Source of the DNA: the human T2T-CHM13v2.0 reference genome, Homo sapiens
DNA length: 64,000 bases
Reading direction: 5' to 3' (one strand)
Assembly: GCF_009914755.1 (NCBI RefSeq)
Contig: NC_060926.1
The position numbers and the translations under genes were made by a program. Positions 58,530 to 64,000 of the stretch are shown piece by piece (the first letter of the stretch is position 1; every line of letters begins with the position of its first letter). The notes below the pieces were generated by a model. It was not told where the DNA came from and searched no databases. It worked only from the letters and a program-made list of their open reading frames with translations.

Positions 58530-60911
58530 TAATGCTTTTATTTAAAAAGGAGAGCTGTCTAAAAGCAATGATGGAGGCTTCCACTGTAAGAAATTAGGAA
58601 AATATCAAACTAGAGCATATTAAAACCAAAGTAAGCAGAAGAAAGGGAATAATGAAGTGCAGAAATTGACACAACTGAAAACAGAAAACAGAACAAAAAA
58701 GTCAATGAAACGAAAGGCTGAATATGTTGGAGGTTCAGTGAAATTGATAAACCTCTAGCCAGACTGATAGAGGAAAAAAAAGAGACAACAAACTATCAGG
58801 AATGAAAGAGGAGACATCACTACAACTTCAGCAAAAATTCTAAAATTATTAAGAAAATAGTATTACAAAATTGTACATTCAATTTGATAACATATGAAAT
58901 CCATTAATGAGATAAACTTCTTGTTATAAACCTTTCTACAACACACACACCTACAAACACACACAAACAACAACAACCAAAATCTCACCAGGCTAAGAAG
59001 GGTATACCAGTGAATTCTAAAAAGATAAAACTAATATCTTCGGACTTTGGACTTTTTACTTTGAATAAAGCAAATATTGCTAAACTACGCTAACCACAAA
59101 AGATTTTAAAAGGTAATAAGACTTTCTTGAAAGTAAAAACTTCTGCTTTCTGTAAGGTATTATTTTAAATACAAAAAGACTCGGGAAATATTTACAGAAA
59201 ATGTAGCTGATAAAAACTTGTTTCTAGAGTATATAAAGAACTCTTAAAAATCAGTAATAAAAAAGCAAACAACATAACTAACAATAAAATGTGCAAAAGA
59301 TTTGAAATTTAAAAAAATAAATATATGAATTCTACCTAAATATTATTATTAAAAATGCTCAACAGCGTTACCAGTTGGTAAAATAGAAATTAAAAGTAGA
59401 TACCACCACAAACCAATACAAACTCACTAGAATGGTAAAAAACAAATAAAAAAAAAACACCTCCTCAGCCTGTACTAAGTGTTGACAAGAATTTGGAGAA
59501 ACTGAAACACTCATACAGTGAGAATGCCAATGATACAGTCACTTTGGAAAACAATTTGGCCATTCTCAATGAATTTAATCATATATTTACCAAATTATTC
59601 AGCAAATCCATAGATATTTACCAAGAGGGAGAAAAACATATGTCCGCACAAAAAAAGTATGCAAATGTTTATAGCATCTTTATTCATGCTAGCTAAACAC
59701 TCGAAACAAATAAAGTATCTATGAACTTATCAATGGAAAAATGGAAAAATGAACTGTAGTATATCCATACAATGGAATTCTAGTGAGCAATTTAAAAAAT
59801 TAGCTACTGACAAACAAAACATGATGAATCTCAGAAGTGCCTTGTTAAGCAAATGAAGCCAGACATGGAAGATACTATACCAAATTAGTCCATGCATATG
59901 GTAGTCTAGATGTGACTCCAGGGAACTGGTTATGGATAAATTCTACATCTGCATTTTCCTGATAGTTACATAGCAATATACGTAATGTATTAATAAAAAC
60001 TCGACAAAGTATAAAATTGAACTGATATCCTTTTCTTATTTGTAACTTGTACCTTGATTAAGTTGATTAAGGATTATGTTGTTTTACGAAACCAAATGTG
60101 GTAAAATTATAAAGGATGCAGGGCATCAATGAGCATAAATATGGAATAGTGGTAACTGGAATTGAGGCAGGAATCCATAGGGGTTTTCAAAAGTTTAGTA
60201 ATTTTGTGTTTATGAATCTGAGTACTGAATATGTGAGAACTAATTTATTTGTTTATTATTGTATATTTATTATTAACATTAAATACTGCAGGGTAATGTT
60301 ATATACAATCTTTTGTACATAGGCTATATTTAACAGTGAGAAACAAAATAATATATAGAAATAGAAAACTTAAAAAATGAGTAAATAATCTACTAGGATT
60401 GGATCACACTGCCAAAGAGCATTATTTAAAGAAGCAATAAACTGTCAGCAGTACTCCAGAAGAAAATGTTTTAATGGGAAACATGGCATGGCAAATGCAG
60501 TACTACTCTTAGAAAGCTGGAGTCTAGAAAGTTCTTCCCTCAGAGTGTACTAGAAATCTGGAAGAAGGAGGAGGAAGCACAAATCTTACTATATTTGGTT
60601 GTTTAAAAAAGGAAAGTAAAGGCCCTAAAGGAAAATATCTCCTCAATATTTTTGCTTATCCAGAAAATTAGTGGTCTAAGAGTGAAGAACCATAGATTTA
60701 TAATTCAGTTTGATTGTGTATTTCCATATATGTTTCATAAGCAGATTCAGGTTACTATAATTTTTAACATTCTAAATTTAGTTTAAAATTGCCTGCATTA
60801 GTTTATTGTCCTTCCACCCCAAAACAGAAAGTACACATGAATAGAATAAATAAATAGCTAGGAATTTACATGTTTCTGAAACTCACTGTTACTCATTCAA
60901 TAAATATCTGA

Positions 60912-61216
60912 TGCCGAGTGTAGTAGCTCATGCCTGTAATCCCAGTACTTTGGAAGGTCAAAGCGGGTAGATCACCTGAGGTCAGGAGTTTGAGACCAGT
61001 CTGGCCCACGTGGTGAAACCCCGTCTCTACTAAAAATACAAAAATTAGCCAGGCGTGGTGGCATGTGCCTGTAATCCCAGCTATTCGGGAGGCTGAGGCA
61101 GGAGAATCGCTTGAACTCAGGAAATGGAGGTTGTAGTAAGCCGACATCGTGCCATTGCACTCCAGCCTAGGCGACAACAGCAAAACTGTCTCAAAAAAAA
61201 AAAATTTTTTTAAATA
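60912..61216 (+). mobile_element. AluSx-like
   Basis: Alu dimer; TSD AATAAATATCTGA at 60899-60911 and 61217-61229. Confidence 0.94.
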
Positions 61217-61679
61217 AATAAATATCTGAATATACTTCATTTGTACTATTATCAAAAACATTCAGATGAAAAGATCACCAGATCTTCATGTCTACATTAC
61301 AGTTGAGCATCATACTAATTTTTTTTTAAAGCATAAATATGAAGTAATAACAAATAGAACAAATGTGGCAAGTAGGTTTCTCAGACTCATTGAAAGTGAC
61401 TGCCTAGTGTTCTGCTTTGATATGGGCTATAGTTGAAATCTAAGTTTAGTAACAAAATCGCTTATGAATAGCTTCGGAATGTTTGCCCTTGGTGTGTAAA
61501 GAGAAAAGAGGCAACCCCTTTGCCAGGTATTACCATCTTTAATGTAGCCAATTACATGACTGATGTCAGAAAGTTTGAAAATAATCATTTAACAAACTCT
61601 TCCTTACCCATCTTCTATTTCTATTGGAGTATATTTGATTAATTCTTATCCAGTAATTTGATGGCAAAGTTGATATTTG

Positions 61680-62335
61680 TTTATTTACTCATTCAATTGT
61701 TCAGTCCTTCATTTTAGCAATTATTTTTTTAATTTATTTTTTAATTGACAAACATTGTACATATTATGTATCGCGTGTTTTGAACGATGTATATGTTGTA
61801 GAATGTCTAAATTGAGCTAATTAACATATGCATTAACTCATATACTTAGCATTTCTGGAGTGAGAATACTTAAAATATACTCTCAACAATTTTCAAGAAT
61901 ACAATACATTGTTGTTAACTATAGTCACCATATCGTGCAGTAACATTTATTGTACTGTGCAAGATTTTGGATATAAGGATATGAACTAGCCAGGCATTGG
62001 CTTAATTGACAGGAAACTTGAGACAACGAAAAGCTAAGGAAGAAAATGCAAAAGAAAAGGAACTGAAAATGACAAGGAGCATTATGAAGGAAAAATACCA
62101 ATCACGGAATGTAGACTAATGGAGCAGGGTCCTGCAGATAAGATATGAGTGTGAAAAGGAGCTTTGGAGGGAGAATTCCAGTCAGAAGAAACAAGCCTGT
62201 GAAGGTCTCATGAAGGGAATGCATTTGAAGGCTTGAAAAATGTAAAGGAAGCCAGTGGTAAAAAGCAATGTGAATGAATGGAATAAGGATGAAATATATC
62301 AACCAATTAATATTTGTGGACCCTGCACACATTGA
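61680..62335 (-). mobile_element. L2 3' fragment interrupted by the L1MA piece
   Basis: ACTCATTCAATTGTTCAGTCCTTCATT on the left; AACATTTATTG...GAGAATTCCAGTCAGAAGAAACAAGCCTGTGAAGGTC on the right. Confidence 0.55.
61722..61942 (-). mobile_element. L1MA (about MA8) 3' end
   Basis: AAATTGAGCTAATTAACATATGCATTA...CAATTTTCAAGAATACAATACATTGTTGTTAACTATAGTCACCAT. Confidence 0.85.
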
Positions 62336-63861
62336 GAACAAGAAACTAGATAATCTCAAAGATTTCTTGAGATTAAAAAAACAAGCTGTCTTCTATATAT
62401 AAAATAGCCTGAATCTCTAACCTGGTAGATGTATTTAGTAAAAATGTCACCATAGTTGTGACCAGAATGATTCAGTAAAATAATTGGAATTTGGTGTAGG
62501 TGTTCTTTAAGTTCAATTGAAAGAAGCTCTGCACACTTTAAATAAATTCAGAATATGTAAAAAGAAAATGCAGTTTGTTTTTGTCTCACAGTGAGACAAA
62601 GAATATAACTGAAAAGTATTCTTACTTGCTATTGAGCCAAATCAAGCTGAGAAATGTGAGAATTGGGGAATATGTTCTCTTTTAAACAGACCAAAAAAGC
62701 ACTGCTTCATAAATATTTGGAGCAGAGTATAAGAATAAAGCTTTGGAATTCTATTCAAGTGGTCTCTGCCACAGTTTACCAGTCAAGCAAATGGGCATAT
62801 GAAAATGTATACTTTTTTGTCAAAAATCATTTTGTAGCTATTTCTTTTTCATTATGATTTACAAAGAGATTGAAATCTCCACTGGAGTTCGGGATAGAAG
62901 GGGTGGGTCATTAGGTTTCTGCCTCAAGGAAATGGGTCTCAGCATGCCACCAGCAGAGCTCAAATAGTGGTAATAAGGTCATCAATTATCTTGGCCTGGA
63001 TATAGTTTGAAACCCTGGGAGGTGAAACATACACCCAGAAAAAGATAAATTACCTTTCTGTGGGATTAAGCACCATCATCATGGAAGACAGGTGGCTTGA
63101 GCGTCTGTCGTACACACCCTATGAAAATGACTCCAAAGGATTAAAGGTGAAAATCAACATTCCATTCTCTGAGAAATGGGATTGTTTAAATGCCCCGAAC
63201 CTGGAACTATTTCCTGGACACCCAAACAATATTTATTTATGTTGATATGTAATTTTTTCCCAAAATTTAAAAAATTAATAATAATAATTTGCTTATTTGG
63301 GTTGTATTTATTGCTATATAAACAGGTGTATTATTTTTGACAAATATACATACAAACACGAGTTCAAGGCAAAACAAACAGACAAACAAGCAAAACAATT
63401 TTAGGAGCCACAAAGAACGTGAAAAATTAAATTCATTAAAGCAGCAAATTAAAACACCATCTTAAAAAGCCACTACCCTGAAATGCACCCCCTTGGGGGA
63501 CACATCAATTTAAATAAATGGGCTATGTATGCTGCCCTAAACTCCTCCAGAGCAGAGTGGTCAGAATATTCCATAAGGGTCTTAGCAAGAAGGCCAGTTC
63601 TCTGGGGATGCACTCTGACCACTGGGATCTGTCCTCCACTAATTACTTGAGAAGTAGTGATTTCCCTCAGGTCTCATTGTATTTACACACAAACTCTCAC
63701 TACTTAGCACCATGCCACTTACATTTAACAACATGCACATGTTGTTAATGACTTACTTATCCTTTGTGTCAGTGCACTCTGTCCTTAGAGGGCTGTTTGG
63801 CTTTAATTCTATTTCACATTGCTAACTTCAAAGGACCAGGGACTTGCTGATAAATATGCAG

Positions 63862-64000
63862 AGGTATGAAGGAGCCTGCTGGTGCTGACTTGCAAGAGCA
63901 GAAACTTAAATTTTTAGGAATTTGGTGAGCCAGTTTTTAAACAACATCATTATTAGCAATTACATTATATAAATATTCAGTTAAATATGTTATATTAAAA
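63862..64000 (+). mobile_element. MER63 (hAT-Blackjack) fragment, runs off the window
   Basis: TTAAATTTTTAGGAATTTGGTGAGCCAGTTTTTAAACAACATCATTATTAGCAATTACATTATATAAA matches the recalled MER63 5' part. Confidence 0.7.

Noticed and set aside
62944-62962. CTCF-like motif GCCACCAGCAGAGCTC
   Set aside because: Lacks the conserved GG(C) core of the CTCF consensus; weak match

Overview
AT-rich, repeat-dense primate genomic DNA, almost certainly human: it carries an AluYb-lineage element with the diagnostic 7-bp insertion. I see no convincing host protein-coding exon, tRNA, rRNA or CRISPR array, so the window reads as intergenic or deep-intronic sequence. All meaningful ORFs come from LINE-1. The main elements are: a full-length, inactivated L1PA2-type LINE-1 (39905-45543, 14-bp TSD) with a mutated YY1 site, an open and extended antisense ORF0, and an ORF2 deletion patched with templated DNA; a solo LTR12C (36876-38429); two solo LTR1/LTR27-family ERV1 LTRs; an MLT2 LTR; several MaLR LTRs; 12 Alus; DNA-transposon fossils (Tigger3a, MER53, MADE1, MER5, MER63); and an 8-kb nested pile-up on an ancient L1 (52-60 kb). 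I did not find a new biological system. The most distinctive unexplained signals are five separate micro-rearrangements with a duplication or hairpin plus locally inverted, templated filler, and a GC-rich unique island with a 3x34-bp minisatellite and a splice donor at about 26.5-27.7 kb. Repeat subfamily names come from recalled consensus sequences, not database alignment.
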